DNA of 64,000 nucleotides from the human T2T-CHM13v2.0 reference genome, Homo sapiens, in assembly GCF_009914755.1 (NCBI RefSeq), contig NC_060926.1; one strand, 5' to 3'. Each line of letters opens with the position of its first letter. The stretch's first letter is position 1. Shown here one piece after another: positions 60,436 to 64,000 of this stretch. The translations under genes and the position numbers were made by a program. The notes under the pieces are model-generated. The model was not told the origin of the DNA. It worked only from the letters and a program-made list of their open reading frames with translations, and did no database searches.

Positions 60436-60746
60436 TTCTTTTATATTTTTATTATTTATTTACTTAGAGACAGAGTCTTACTCTGTTGCCCAGGCTGGAG
60501 TGCAGTGGCAATATCTCAGTTCACTGCAACCTCTACCTCTTGGGTTCAAGAGATTCTCGTGCCTCAGCCTCCTGAGTAGCTAGGATTACAGGGGTTCACC
60601 ACCACGCCCAGCTAATTTTTGTATTTTCAGTAGAGAGAGGGTTTCCCCATGTTGGCCAGTCTGGTCTCGAATTCCCGACCTCAGGTGATCTGCCCGCTTT
60701 GGCCTCCCAAAGTGCTGGGATTACAGGCGTGAGCCACCCTGCAGGC
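60436..60746 (-). mobile_element. Alu (AluS-like)
   Basis: Antisense dimer; TSD TTCTTTTATATTTTT. Confidence 0.94.
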
Positions 60747-60942
60747 TTTCTTTTATATTTTTAATAATGTTTTGTCGTTTTCAGCATAGAATTCTTGAAG
60801 ATGTTTGTTAGATTTATTTCTGACAAAATTATTTGTTAGGTAAGATGTTTAAGTTTTATCTTTTAAAATGTAATTCATAATTGTAGTTTTATACAACTGA
60901 TTTTTGTTAATTGGCTGTTTCCAACAACTTTGCTAAATTCAC

Positions 60943-61250
<308 letters not shown>

Positions 61251-61508
61251 TAAATCTAATAGTTTATCTGTCTCTGTCTTATTCTGTTCTTAGAAGAAAC
61301 ATTTACAAAAATTCACCTTTATACACGTGCTGTGGATTTTAAAAATAAATACATTTTTATTGGATTAAGGAAGTTCCCTTCTATTACCAGTGCTAAGAAT
61401 TGTTTTATTAATGCATGTTGCATTTTATCACATGCTGTTCCCACATTTATTGAGAAAATTGTGTTTTTCTTCTTTATTCCATTAATGTGGTAAAGAATTA
61501 TTCAATGA

Positions 61509-61883
<375 letters not shown>

Positions 61884-62088
61884 TTACATAATACTTTATT
61901 TTGGTTTGCTAATATTTTACTTAGGATCTTTGCATTTATCTCTTTGAATTAAATGGGTCTCTAATTTTCCTTTCTTGTAATGTTTTTATCAAATTTGGGA
62001 ATCAGGTTCTTCTGGTGTCATAGAATCTTGAGGAATCTTTTCTCTGTTTTCTAAGAGTTATGTAAAATTGATGATATTTCTTTCATAA

Positions 62089-62458
<370 letters not shown>

Positions 62459-62494
62459 ATGGGAAGGTTTTTAAATGCTGTATTTAATTATTAA

Positions 62495-62921
<427 letters not shown>

Positions 62922-63113
62922 AATGTCCTCTTATTTTTTAAAAAAATGCCTTTAAAATATTTCTAGCAATCATCGTTTTCATTCCAGATACAGTTATTTG
63001 TGCTACCTCTGTTCTTTTTTATCAGCCTATCAGGAATTTATCAATTAGTGTTTCCAAATAACCAATTTTGGTTTTGTTCATCCTCTATTGTAAATTTGTT
63101 TTGTATTTAATGA

Positions 63114-63529
<416 letters not shown>

Positions 63530-64000
63530 TAGATTATTTATTTTTAGCCTTTTTTCAATATATCTCCATGTAAGCATAAGTTCGGTTATACCTCACAAAT
63601 TTATATTTTGAATATTTACATTTTAATTCAGTTCAAAATACATTCTAATTTCCACTGTCATTTTATCTTTAACCTGTGGTTTGTCTAGAAGTGTATTTTT
63701 AAATTTCCAGAAACACATTGGAATTTTCCAGTCATCTTTTTGTTATTTCCTAGCTTAATAATAAAAGAATATAGTCTGTGTGATTTAAATTCTTTGACAT
63801 TTTAAAATACTTGTTTTATGACTCAGTGTATGATTACATTCTATAGGAAGGTCTGTATGCACTTGAACTCAATGAGTATCTGCAGCTCTTAGGGTACAAC
63901 ATTCTAGGTCATCTAGATCAAGTTTGTTAAACACGTTTTTCAAATCACCTATATCTGTTCTGATGTTCACCTATGTATTCTGTCACTTACTAAAAGATTT

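Overview
Primate (human-like) genomic DNA dominated by interspersed repeats. I could not support any intact protein-coding gene, RNA gene, CpG island or CRISPR array. Recognisable content: about 35 Alu elements or fragments; one full-length but inactivated L1PA (L1PA4-like) at 10111-16279; older L1M/HAL1 fragments; several solo LTRs (THE1, MLT1, ERV1- and ERVL-class); a MER1B DNA transposon; and a full-length processed RPL30 pseudogene on the minus strand with an AluY in its 3' UTR. The structure that repeat annotation does not explain is a set of local copy and fold-back features: a 186-bp, ~94% identical inverted repeat around a 718-bp spacer (3799-4888); two ~130-150-bp direct copies 2.2-2.4 kb from their donors, each directly after an A/GA-rich tract; fold-back inverted repeats at 8385-8427 and 8692-8804; three overlapping 10-bp palindromes inside an MLT1 LTR; and a 36-bp-arm pre-miRNA-like hairpin at 49980-50061. 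Candidate regulatory DNA includes an ETS-motif array with ~11-bp spacing, a perfect (GGAA)14, and a composite DR4/DR5/M-box/NF-kB cluster. Repeat subfamily names come from my recollection of consensus sequences and identities were counted by hand, so both need software confirmation.
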